DNA of 64,000 nucleotides from the human T2T-CHM13v2.0 reference genome, Homo sapiens: NCBI RefSeq assembly GCF_009914755.1, contig NC_060935.1; one strand, 5' to 3'. Shown piece by piece: positions 52,801 to 64,000 of this stretch (position 1 is its first letter; each line of letters starts with the position of its first letter). The notes under the pieces were generated by a model. It saw only the letters and a program-made list of their open reading frames with translations, ran no database searches and was not told where the DNA came from. The position numbers and the translations under genes were made by a program.

Positions 52801-53944
52801 ACTAAAGCAACTTATTTTTAACCTAAGATTGGTCACTTTAGCCTTCTTAGATGTTATTGTTTGTAAATGTAGTTAAATGATTTAATATTGGAAACATCTG
52901 AGAACTAAGATGTACATAATCATAATTCTGGGTCACTAGGATTGGGAGTGACTGCTTCATTCTACTTGTCTACTTGTCATGCATTGCCACAAAATTCCTG
53001 CAGGTTTCTGGCCTGAAGTAGTCCTCATTACAGAACCTTTGTGATCAGTGAATAATGAAAGTGGTCAAATCATAATTCAGAAGTATCAACAAGAATTACC
53101 CAGTGAGATCTGGAAGCATTTCAAAGTTTACATGCACCACAGGGCCTCCATCTATTCTCATCATCTTTGGCTTATCAGTTACCCCAACCCCCTTCAAATC
53201 CCATTACCCTCTTCCCTCTACGCCGTTCCGTTATTTTGGTGTGGCTCCTGTCTACCAGATATGCCAATCTCAGGGCCTCTGAAATGGAATCTTCTAATGC
53301 CCTTCTCTGTCTACTCTTCCCTGCTCTCAGCTAGCCCTATCATTAGGAGATACAGAATACTGCAAACTCATCTGGCTGTTTAAATGGGATAGGACTTGGT
53401 TTGAAGATTTTAATTCCTGTGCGTGGTAAGATCTCACTCCAGGTCCTATTAAGATTTCTCATACTTATATTTTTATGTTCAACTGAAGGCATTTTCTGGG
53501 GCAAGCCAAAAGGTTGGCAAAGCTTGTCAACACAGTTGAGATTTTCCAGACCTTTAATAACAGAATTTGTAAACTGCCCAAGATGTTAGAACATAATTCT
53601 GACTTCTAGAAATTCTGCTTTATAACATTCTACAAAGAGGAATGATGTTTTATACCAAAAAAGTAAAGGATAAAAATTACCTTGCTTTCTGTGGCCTGTA
53701 TGCTTATGTTGCTTAATTTTATAGTTAAACAGAGAATTGTAGTACAAAAACTCATGCCCTGATTTTCTTCACTTTCAGATATTAGGTCTATACTGTATAG
53801 AAAATCCATGATCAAACAGAATAGACTTTAAGATTGCTCTTAGACTCTTATCCTCAAAGTTCAGGTAGGACCCAGACATTTCATGGGCTTCCCCAGTCAG
53901 AGCTTTGTCCTGTCATGACTAAGTATTTATATGCCCTGTAAAAA

Positions 53945-54069
53945 AACATAACTATTGAGTACTGAGCTTAATACCTGGGTGATGAAATAATCTGTACAAC
54001 ATATCCCTGTGACATGAGTTTATCTATGTAACAAACCTTTACATGTACCCCTGAATCTAAAATAAAAAG
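53945..54069 (+). mobile_element. Short L1PA 3' end abutting the OR52M2P stop
   Basis: TACCTGGGTGATGAAATAATCTGTACAAC...CTAAAATAAAAAG. Confidence 0.8.
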
Positions 54070-54080
54070 ATATAGAACAG

Positions 54081-55087
54081 TCACCTGGTTTGAGTCCTTG
54101 CCTTAATATGGAGAAGAGCCTCTCGGATCTGCTTTGTGCGGACAGCATAGACTATTGGGTTGAGGATAGGTGGGATGAGGAGGTAAATGTTGGCCAAAAG
54201 GATATGGATATGGATATGGATATGGATATGGATATGGATATGGATATGGATATGGATATGGATATGGGGAGGCACACGATGGCCAAAGCGGTGTGTGAGA
54301 GAGGAAACAGCAATGGGGATGTAGAAGACGAGGATGGCACAGATGTGAGAGCCACATGTCCCTAAGGTTTTAAGCCTGGCTTCAGAGGTGGCCAAGCCCA
54401 TTACAGCCCTGAAAATCATCACATAGGAGGCAGTGATGGCCAATGAATCCAGGATTAATACCAGAAAGCCAATCCCCATTCCATATAAGTTGTTGACCCT
54501 TGTGTCACACCACATGCCAAGGTGACCACAGCCATGTGCTCACAGTACGAATGGGCAATGATTTGGGTGTGGTAAAGGGGCAACCTCAGACAAATCACTA
54601 GGGGCAGAGGTCCAATGTAGATTACCCCCCGGAGGAGGGCAGCCAGCCCCAAACGACCCACCACAGCATGGGTGAGCAACAAGGTATGATGCAGTGGGTC
54701 ACAGATGGCCACATAGTGATCAAAAGCCATGGCAAGGAAGATGCCTGACTCAACAGTGGCAAAGCAATGAATGAAGAACATCTGGGCCAAACAGGCATTA
54801 ACACCAATGTTGTGGGCACCAAACCAGAAGATGGCCAGTAGTTTGGGCATGGTAGAGGTTGACAGGACCAAGTCAATGACAGCCAACATGCACAGGAAGA
54901 AGTACATGGGCTGATGCAGGCTGTACTCCATCCTTACCACTGCCAGGATGGTTATGTTCCCCAGCACAGCTACCAGGTACATGGAGCCAAAGGGGATGGA
55001 GAGCCAGATGTGCAGGGATTCCAGGCCAGGGATGCCAGTGAGCCGGAAAGAGGTAGGCACGGAGCAGGCATTATTAGGGGTTAACAT
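54081..55087 (-). pseudogene. OR52M2P: Olfactory receptor family 52M pseudogene
   Basis: [34 protein letters not shown] (DRY>DHY), [10 protein letters not shown]; 2-nt GT insertion at 54507-54508; [26 protein letters not shown]; in-frame hexamer expansion. Confidence 0.8.
54201..54266. repeat. (GATATG)11 hexamer repeat, encoding (His-Ile)11 on the OR strand
   Basis: Perfect 66-nt tandem repeat. Confidence 0.97.
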
Positions 55088-56046
55088 ATTCAGGGATCTG
55101 GGGTATCCAGGAGACAGGAGCTCTTAGTTTTAGATTTTTACTCTTGTGAGTGATACTGCTTCGGGAACTGTAGACTAGATTTTCATTTCCAACCAGGGTG
55201 ACTGGTGGTGCCTATAATAAAAAATTCTGAATGCCAACTTGAATAAAAAATCAGTTCGTGTTTTATAAAATAAATTATCCATAATGATACCTACTGTTAA
55301 TGATCCGTAATTATGCTCATGATTTTTACTAAATCGCCCTACCACACTGTAAAAATCCCCAACACTATGCATCCCCCTTTAACTCATAATGTTACTCTAA
55401 GGAAATTTTTCTGAAGGAAACAAAGTACAAAAGAGTTCTACATGTAATAGTTAAATGTAAATCCATGTAACATGTTTAGCCAGTGCCTGCATATGCTTCT
55501 CATCACTGATCAATAGCAACACTAATAACATACCGATTAGATGTTTCCAACTAATTTTTACTAATGAAAATTTGCAATAATGTGCTCACAAATAAAGCAT
55601 TGTTTAAATTCTAGTACCTCCATTCAGTGAATTAGATTATGTTGATATTTTTAAAGATAAGCACTTCCTGGTATAATGTTCACATCATAGTATAATAAGT
55701 CAGGGAATAGCAGGAGGCAGATTAAACTATGGTTTAATTGTATTAAAGTATGCATGTGAGAGAGAAACACACACCTTTAAATAGAAAACGGAAGATTTGG
55801 ACCCAGCTTTTGTCTGTTGATTTTGGGTGGATGAGATTTGTGCTTTTTTATATTATGCCTTTAAAAATGATCAAGAGCTTTAAAAATAAGGTTATAAAAT
55901 ATCAAAACCTGCTAAAAATATAAAGAGAAAATTTGCTATGGTAAATGTACTAAGGAAGCACATTACTTTTTCTCTGAATGGGTTTAATATTGGTTTTTTC
56001 AGATTGTCAAATCTAGTTGATCAAAGATATTTAGTACAGGACCTAC

Positions 56047-56284
56047 TTTTTTTTTTTTTGGGGACAGTCTTGCTCTGTCACCAAGCCAGAGTGCAGTAGC
56101 GCGATCTTGGCTCGCTGCAACCTCCGCCTCCCGGGTTAAAGTGATTCTCCTGCCTCAGCCTCCCAAGTAGCTGGGACTACAGGCACATGCCACCACACCC
56201 AGCTAACTTTTATATTTTCAGTAGAGACGGGGTTTTACCATGTTGGCCAGATGGTCTTGATCTCTTGACCTCATGATCCACTCA
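56047..56284 (-). mobile_element. Truncated AluS (AluSc-like)
   Basis: poly(T), GCGATCTTGGCTCGCTGCAACCTCCGCC, GATCTCTTGACCTCATGATCC; the 5' ~50 nt of the Alu are missing. Confidence 0.85.
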
Positions 56285-57817
56285 CATTTAAAGTTGCCCA
56301 GACTTAATGGTTAAACAAAATGAAAATAAATGAGTTTTTAAGAAACGTTTACTCTAAGGACAGGATCTATTAAGTTTTCCTGGCAAGAATTTTGATATCA
56401 CCTATAATTTGAGATAATAGAAGAAATACATCTTTGGGCAACTTTTACTAGATATTGTCCATCTAATAGGGATTTAAAAAGAATGGACTGATATAAGACA
56501 GTCAGCAAGACACTTCTGCCCTACCACATCCTTCTTGGCCTCCTTGTGAGGAGACAGGAAGATCACTTTATAAAAATCCTTGTCTATTTTTTTGTCCTCT
56601 GTCCTTTAGGTGCTTCTAAAAGTCTAGCAAGGAATCCTATTGTTCACATCCTCAGGGTTCAGAATCAGAGGGCCTGACATGTCCTCTGTCTCAGGCCTGC
56701 CCTCCTGACCATTCTTACCGTTAGTCAGCAAGTCTCATGACACCACACATTTTTGCTAAGTTTCACCACCTGTTTGGTTTTTACCTAGGGAAATTTTATA
56801 TCCTTTGAGGCCCTTATCCCAGATCACCCTTCTTTGGTATCTCCAGTCTATACCAGAGTGGGTGGGTAAGTGGGGAGAGACACCATAGTCGCTACATTCC
56901 CCCAAATTGTATCAAACAAGCCCATGCACATTTCAATTTATCTAAAATGTAAGCAGCAATTACACTTCTGTAGCAAATAAGCATAAGAAACATTCCTGTG
57001 CAGACTCATGGCTCCTTAATTCAGGCTCCAACATTCAGTTTATCCTTTTATGAGTTAACATTTGGTCAGGCATTGACAGTCCTAAATAGAAATATGAAAA
57101 TTTTGTGAACTTAATGGTTCAGCAGTGTTTCCATGTTAACTGATCCTTTAGTGACTCTAATTCTTCGATATGTAAATAAGTTATAATGTATGTAAAGTCA
57201 TTTCCTCTGAGTTCAAAAGTAAGGTTGCTCTGGATTCATTGGATAAGACGGGAAAGAAAAGGAGGTCCTGGAAGTCAGCCCCACACAGCTGGCTCAGGGC
57301 ACCGGACTTGCCACTAACAAGCCAGATTTCCCTTCCAGAACTTCATCTTACCCTGGGCAAATTGCTTAACCTATTGAAGCCTCCCTTTAATTTATATGTG
57401 AAGTAGGGAGAATATTGCAAAGGATAAGTATATAGAACAAACGAGATGAGTGTGAAGCTCTTGGCACATGACAGCTGCTGCCCTTCCCTGAATTCTAATA
57501 TGGGAATAGACTAAAATTTACGTTTTATATATTGGAGTGATTTCCTTGTGTTTGTTACATAGGACATCTTAGATTAGAAGATGTTGCAAAAGTGTAGGAA
57601 TTGTATGGATGGAACAGGGATCCAAGATGAACATTAGTCAATGTACAATTTTACATATAAAATGAGAATACCTAACATCTTCTCTAAAATTACGGCGGAC
57701 CATCATCCTAAAGCAGAAAGGAACCCACTCAATTGTGAGGGTAAGTCAACATAGTGGCTACTCATCACAAAAAGTGTCCAGAGAAAGCTGGGACAAGAGA
57801 AAGTTGAACATACTGTT

Positions 57818-57821
<4 letters not shown>

Positions 57822-57861
<40 letters not shown>

Positions 57862-57880
57862 TGTGTGTGTGTGTGTGTGT
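57822..57880 (+). repeat. (TG)~29 microsatellite with one TA interruption
   Basis: Direct reading. Confidence 0.95.
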
Positions 57881-57939
57881 AGCTTATTGGCATCTTAAAT
57901 GGTGGTCTGAACTGAAATATTTTCTGTGTCAGCCCACTT

Positions 57940-59170
57940 GAAGGCATCCTTACCTGGACACTGGTGACATGCCCACAAACCCTGGGAGAGGCATTTTGAT
58001 GGTGAGTCCAAGGATTTTGAAAGATTGTTATGTTGACAAGCACGGATTAGATTAAGTTCAAATACTAACTCTACATTGCCTAATGTCACGGAGCCAGAAA
58101 CAGTAAAGTATTTATTTTGTTTCCTGGTCTGTATAATGCAGGGGAGCAATAGCTACCTTGGAGTTGCTTCATGTATTAAATGAGCTGTTTGTAAATGTGT
58201 GTATGTATATACAGAGAAAGCCGAGGTTTACAAAGCCTGGCTTCTGAATGGGCGCTGTGTTCTTCTTACCTGCTCTTCCTCTCTGGTCTTTGATCCCTTC
58301 CACAGGATACAGACAGAGTGCTATTTCATATGACTATTTTTTCCGATGGTGTGATTAGCCTCTTTAATGTGGATACAATCAATTGAAGAGACTTGCCAAT
58401 AGTGTGAGAATGAGGTCAGGAGAGAAGGCTGCCTTACTGTCAAGCAGAAGACAAGACTGATCAGGCTGGAATAGTCCAATCTTTTCTCTCCTGTTCTGAA
58501 GAAGTACTAGGCAACCAAGCCTTCCACCCTGGGACTCTTCTTCTCCTTTTATTCAATCTCAGGCAGTTTATATTCAACTTATTTTCTCTACTTTTGACTA
58601 GATCTGTGAGGAAGGACCTAGATGGACCCAAAAGCAAATATAGTTTCTGAAACTTTGAGATTGCTTCCAATAACTTTGGCCCCTTCTCTGGAATGTGCTT
58701 ACCCACTGGAGTATTGTCTGTAGAGCCCTGGGTTCTGTTTCTTAACAGTGCGCTCATCTCTTGTGTGGATGCTGGAACAAATTTGACTGTCAAGGGGAGG
58801 CCATGCCACTGATCTCTTTAATTTCTTATGTGTTTTTTTTTTTTTAGGTTCTGAAAACAGCCAGTTACTTCCCAAGAGTTGCACAGAGAAGCCTGCACAC
58901 TTCCATCTGGATATTTAGTTACCCTCTTGGAAACAGTCTCCACTCCACCCATCACATTCTACCTCCAAGGACTGGAACACAGACTTATTCCCACCTCCCC
59001 GCTTCTGGGCTCTTGGCTGGCCCCAGGTCTCTGACAATCCTCCCTTGGGGCCAGAGGTACTCAAGGATGCCAAGAGGGATATTGAGTTCACACACACACA
59101 CACACAAGGTGCAAAAAAACCCCTTGGGTATTGGCCTAACCAATAAACACTTTTCTTTGGTTAATCATTG
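57940..59170 (-). promoter_or_regulatory. Putative OR52M2P promoter and 5' non-coding exons
   Basis: O/E-like TCCCTTGGGG (59041), CCCCTTGGGT (59120), TTCCCAAGAG (58869); minus-strand donors CAG|GTAAGG (~57955), CAG|GTAAGA (~58269), TGG|GTAAGC (~58702). Confidence 0.35.
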
Positions 59171-59357
59171 CTATTATCAAAAAATCTTAATATAAAAATC
59201 TAGGCCATACAAAGAAAATTACTCAAATACAAATGTTGTTCACATTGTAAATTTGCATTCTACTTCTACTTTTTTCAAGTTGTTTTTGCTTAAAAATATG
59301 TGTAATCACAAGTTGAGATAGTTTATGTCCATTTCTGTGGTTATTTTACCTACACCT

Positions 59358-60042
59358 CCCAGTCTATCATTGATGGGCATTTGGGTTGGTTCATGTCTTT
59401 GCTGTTTTAAATAGTGCTGCAAATAGATTTATATTCCTTTGGGTATATACCTAGTAATGGGATTCCTGAGTCAAAAGGTATTTCTGGTTCTAGATCCCTG
59501 AGGAATTGCCACACTGTCTTCCACAATGGTTGAGCTAATTTACATTCCCACTAACAGTGTAAAAGCATTCCTATTTCTCCACAGCCTCGCCAGCCATCTA
59601 TTGTTTGACTTTAGAACTGTCTATTCATGTCTTTGCCTATTTTTAATTTTACTTTAAGTTCCAGGATACAAGTGCAAAATGTATAGGTTACATAGGTATA
59701 CACGTGTCATGGTGGTTTGCTGCACCCTATCCACCCATCACCTAGGTTTTTAGCCCTGCATGCATTAGTCGTTTGTCCTAGTGGTCTCCCTCTCCTCACC
59801 CCACACCCTCTAACTGGCCCTGGTGTGTGTTCTTCCCCTCCCAGTGTGTCCATGTGTTCTCATTGTTCGACTCTTACTTATGAGTGAGATGAGGTACTTT
59901 TCTGTTCCTGTGTTAGTTTGCTGAGGATGATGGCTTCCAGCTTCATCCCATGTCCCTGCAAGGACATGATCTCATTCCTTTTATGGGTGCATAGTATTCC
60001 ATGGTGTACATGTACCACATTTTCTTTATGCAGGCTATCATT
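59358..60042 (-). mobile_element. L1PA7/8-like 3' region in permuted order
   Basis: Two antisense L1 segments in swapped order, sharing CAG(T/G)CTATCATT at both outer ends. Confidence 0.75.
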
Positions 60043-60459
60043 CTTGGTGTTTCTGTGGGATGTTTTAAAAATAAACTAACATTTGTATTGGCAGACTGAG
60101 TAAAGCAGATTGCTCTCTAATGTGGGTAGACCTCATCCAATGAGCTGAAGGCCTAACTACACAAAAAGGCTGACCCTCCCTGATCAGAGAACCCTTATTA
60201 CCTGACAGCCTTCAAACAGGAACATCAGCTTTTTTCCTTCCTTGGAACTCAAACTGAAACACTGACTATTCCTGGGTCTCAAGCCTGTTGGTCTTCAGAC
60301 TAGAACTAAATTATTGACTGTCCTAGGTCTTGAGTTTGGCAACTCATCCTGTGGAAGTTAGGATTTGTCAGCCTCCATAATTATGTTAGCCAATTCTTTT
60401 ATATTTTTATATACACTCATCCTGTTGATTCTGTTTCTCTGCAGAACCCTGACTAGTAC
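60043..60459 (+). mobile_element. MLT2 (ERVL) LTR
   Basis: GACTGAGTAAAGCAGATTGC..AATGTGGGT..CCTCATCCAAT..TTCTGTTTCTCTG.AGAACCCTGACTA; probable 5' start at ~59336, split off by the L1. Confidence 0.75.
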
Positions 60460-61476
60460 GATGAACTTCAGTTATTTAACATTAATGATGGAATCAATTT
60501 CACTAATTTTTGTGAGATTTAAATAGCTATATATGTCAGACTTTTAAAGTAGTATAATTTATTGTCATTAATTGCTTTCGTACTTCTATGTTAAATATCC
60601 TAGAGAAGTCACATCAACTGAGAATTCCAAAGTTAAGATTTGACTTAAATTGAGATAGCTGGCATCATCTTATCTTCCCTGAAATTAATATGTTTGTCTC
60701 AAGTTGTAATATGAGAGAACAAATGGCATTAGGTATACTGTGTGTGGAAAAGTTGTTCTCTTTCCCCAATATACTATGTTCATGCTACAATGTGAGTCTT
60801 GGGGTGAAGCCAAAAGTTGAGTTGTGTAGCAAGGATGAAAGAGCACCCCCAAGATATACTTGCAATCTAGAATTTGAGGGGATGCAAGGGTATTGAGAGA
60901 TGTTTGTTTCTAGTCACAATGGCCACTTCGAGGTTCTTTGGGGACAGGGTTTCTGATACCTCATAGGTTGCTTTTCTGTGTGATATTCCGGGGCAAGAAA
61001 CTCGTGAACTGTGCTTTCTTGTTGTCACTTCTCCCTGTGTTTGCAGAGTAATCCCCAGAATTCTAATATATTCCAATTTTCCAATGCAAGATGGGTACAA
61101 AGATGACTAAATCAATATGAACAAGGAAAGAAGGTTCAGAATCCAGAAGAATTAGACATTCCGGGATACCTCTTCAGCCTCAGGACCTGGACAGTAATAG
61201 GTCAGCTCAGTCTGGTTAGGATTAAAAAAATAACGTTTAACCAGTCCTGTCTTTATCTTTAAGGGTATGTGATCTGTAGCCATGTTGTTTGTATTCAAGT
61301 TTTGACTTTTTATTTTTAAAAATAAGTTTAGAGCAGATTAAAGAACAAAAAACAAGACCCAACCATGTTGTCTACAAGAAGTCTGCTTTAAATGTAAAGG
61401 CACAGATTAAAACATGGTATCTCTTTTCTATCCTTTTGCTAATAATAAAAAGCAAGCTGGGAGAGTTCTTTCCAGG

Positions 61477-64000
61477 AGGCAGAGCAAGATGGAATAGAGA
61501 AGGCACCACCAATAGTCCCTACCACAAGGACACCAATTTAACAACTATGTATACACACGAAAAGCACCTTCATAATAACCAAAAAAAAAAAAAAAAAAAA
61601 GTCAAGTGAGCACTCATAGTACCTGGTTTTAACTTTGTGCACTGAAAGAAGGACTAAAGAGGTAGAAAAAAAGTCTTGAAGTGCTGAAGCCACCCCCAAC
61701 TTCCTCTGGCAGTGGCAGTGTGGTGAGCATCTCCAGGTGCTGGGGGAGGGAGAACTCAATTGTGAGGCAATGAACTAAGTGCCATCCTGTTAGAGCAGAC
61801 AGGACAATCGTCCCAGACTCAGTTGGTGCCCACCCACAGAGGAAACACTTAAACCATCCCTAGACAGAGGAGAATCACCAATCCCAACAGTTAGAACATG
61901 AGTTCATGCAAATCTCGCCACTAAGGGCTAAAGTGCTCTGGGAATCTAAACTTGAAAGGCAGTCTAGGCCATGGGAACTGCAACTGTAAGATGAGCGCTA
62001 GTGTGGAACCCGGCCTGGAGACAGTAGACGGTGGGGAGAACATGACCTACTGAGACACAAGCCGGGGTTGCTAACAGTGCTTGCATCACTCCTCTCTCCC
62101 AGGCTGCACAGCTCACAGCGACAACAGGCCACTTCTTTCTGTTTGGAGAGGAAAGAAAAAAGGGTGGGGAGGACTGTTTTGCATTTTGGATACCAGCTCA
62201 GCCACAGTAGAATAGGGTACTGGTCAGAGTCATAAGGCCTTAGCTCCTGGATGACATTTTTAGATACACCCTCGGCCAGAAGGGAACATGCTACCTTAAA
62301 GGAACCAGTCCTGGTAGCATTTATCACCTGCTAACTGAAGATCCCTTGGGCCCTGAATAAACAGCAGCAATACCCAGGTACTATGTCAAGGGACTTTGAA
62401 CCTCAGACATGCTGGCTTCAGGTAAGACTCAGCCCATTACCAGCTGTGGTAGCTATGGGGCAAAACTCCCATTTGAGAAAAGCAGAAGGTAAAGTAAAGC
62501 GTGCCAGCTCAGACATGGTGGGAGGGGGTAGAGTACAAAGTAGGCTCTTGGGGTCCCCAATTTCAGGACTTGATGGAGATGACATTTCTGGACCTGTCCT
62601 GGGCCAGAGGGGAGCCCACTGCCCTGAAGAGCGAGTCCCAGGCCAGGCAGCTTTCACCACAAGCTGACTTAAAAGCCCTGGGTCCTAAAGCAGACCTTGG
62701 TAGTGGTCTGACAGCACTTTCCACGGGCCTAAGGTGGTGGTAGCCATGAAGTGAGGCTCGTCTGCCTTTGGAAAGGGGAGAGAAAGGTGGGAAGGACTGC
62801 ATCTTCTGTTTTTGGTGCCAGCTAGGTTGCAGTACAATTAGAATACCGGGTAGACTAAGGTTTTTGACTCTAGTCCCTGACTTTTGGACAGTACCTCTGG
62901 ACCCACCCAGGGCATCTTGCTTCCCTGAAGGGAAGGAGACAAGTCTGCTGCTTTACCAACCAACTGTAGAGGCCCAGGACCTTAAACAAACATAGGTAGT
63001 AGCCAAGGAGTAGTTATAGCAGGCCTTGGGCAAGACCCAGTGCTGTACTGGCTTCAGTTCTCATAGTTGTGGTAGACACAGGAATGCTTGTGTCACTCAA
63101 CCCCAAGCTTTACTTGGCTCAGAAAAGGCAGAGGTTGTAGTGAGCTGAGATCACACCACTGCACTCCGGCCTGGGTGACAGAGCAAGAGTGTCAAAAAAA
63201 CAAAAGAAACAAAAACCAAAAAACAGACTATTTGGGAGAAAGAAGAGATGACAGTCTACCTGGTAATTAAGAGAATTCTCCTGGATCTTTTCCAAGCCCA
63301 TCAAGGTGATATCTCTATGGGTCTTTAAGAACCACAGCCATACTAGGCTTAGGATGACCCCTAAAGCAGATACCACTTAGATCACAACACCCAGATCCTT
63401 CTGAATATCTAGAAAGCCTTTCCAAGAAGTATGGGCACAAACGAGCCCAGACAGTGAAGACAACAAATACCTAACTGTTCAATGCCCAGATATCTAATAG
63501 ATATTAGCACCAATATCATTCAGGAAAACATGACCTCACCAAATGAACTAAATAAGGCACCAGAGACCAATCCTGGAGAAACATATGTGACCTTTCAGAC
63601 AATTCATAATAGCTGTGCTCAAGAAACTCAAATTCCAAATGACAACAAAATTCAGAGTTTGATAAATTAAAAAGATTGAAATAAGAATCAAGAAGAAATT
63701 CTGGAGCTGAAAAAATGTGATTAGCCTACTGAAGAATGCAGTCTTAATAGCAGAATGGATCAAACAGAAGAATTAGTGAGCTTGAAGAAAGGCTATTTGA
63801 AAATACAGTCAAAGGAGAAAAAATAAAATAAAGCAGGTCTATAGGATCTAAAAAATAGCCTCAAAATGGAAAACAGAACTATTGGCCTTAAAAAGGAGGT
63901 AGAGAAAGAAATAGGGGTAAAAAGTTTGTCCAAAGAAATAACAGAACTTCCCAAACCTAGAGAAAGCTATCAACATCCAAGTACAAGGTTAAAGAACACC
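61477..64000 (+). mobile_element. L1 (L1M1/L1MA-like) 5' UTR and start of ORF1, running off the window
   Basis: GGCAGAGCAAGATGG..CAAGGACACCAATTTAACAACTAT 5' end; ORF1-like IQENMTSPNELNKAPETNPGE at ~63520. Confidence 0.75.
63127..63225 (+). mobile_element. Alu 3' fragment inserted in the L1 5' UTR
   Basis: GAGGTTGTAGTGAGCTGAGATCACACCACTGCACTCCGGCCTGGGTGACAGAGCAAGA plus A-rich tail. Confidence 0.85.

Noticed and set aside
54090-54365. ORFs with (DM)n, (YP)n and (IS)n repeats
   Set aside because: These are alternative-frame readings of the GATATG repeat inside the OR pseudogene.

Overview
Human/primate genomic DNA, recognisable as part of the class I olfactory receptor cluster (OR52 family, 11p15.4). 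Gene and repeat names are recalled from memory, not from a database search. The window holds one intact receptor (OR52K1, 28013-28957 +), a frameshifted paralog (OR52K3P, 13929-14867 +) and a frameshifted opposite-strand pseudogene (OR52M2P, 54081-55087 -) that carries an in-frame (His-Ile)11 hexamer expansion. OR52K3P and OR52K1 sit in two copies of an ~8 kb tandemly duplicated unit that also contains a conserved putative promoter and 5' non-coding exon, and they share a ~250-nt gene-conversion tract. The rest is mostly transposable elements: a nested stack (LTR5A inside a HERV-I/IP pol-env, inside a MaLR), a two-LTR MLT1, a deleted HERV-K(HML-4/LTR13) provirus on the minus strand, several L1s (one twin-primed, one apparently circularly permuted), Alus, MADE1, MER3 and Tigger3a. 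The most striking signal is a fossil doubly spliced rec-like accessory gene in the HML-4 env, with a conserved splice donor, a basic NLS-like patch and an 18-codon second exon that matches HML-2 Rec in length and stop position.
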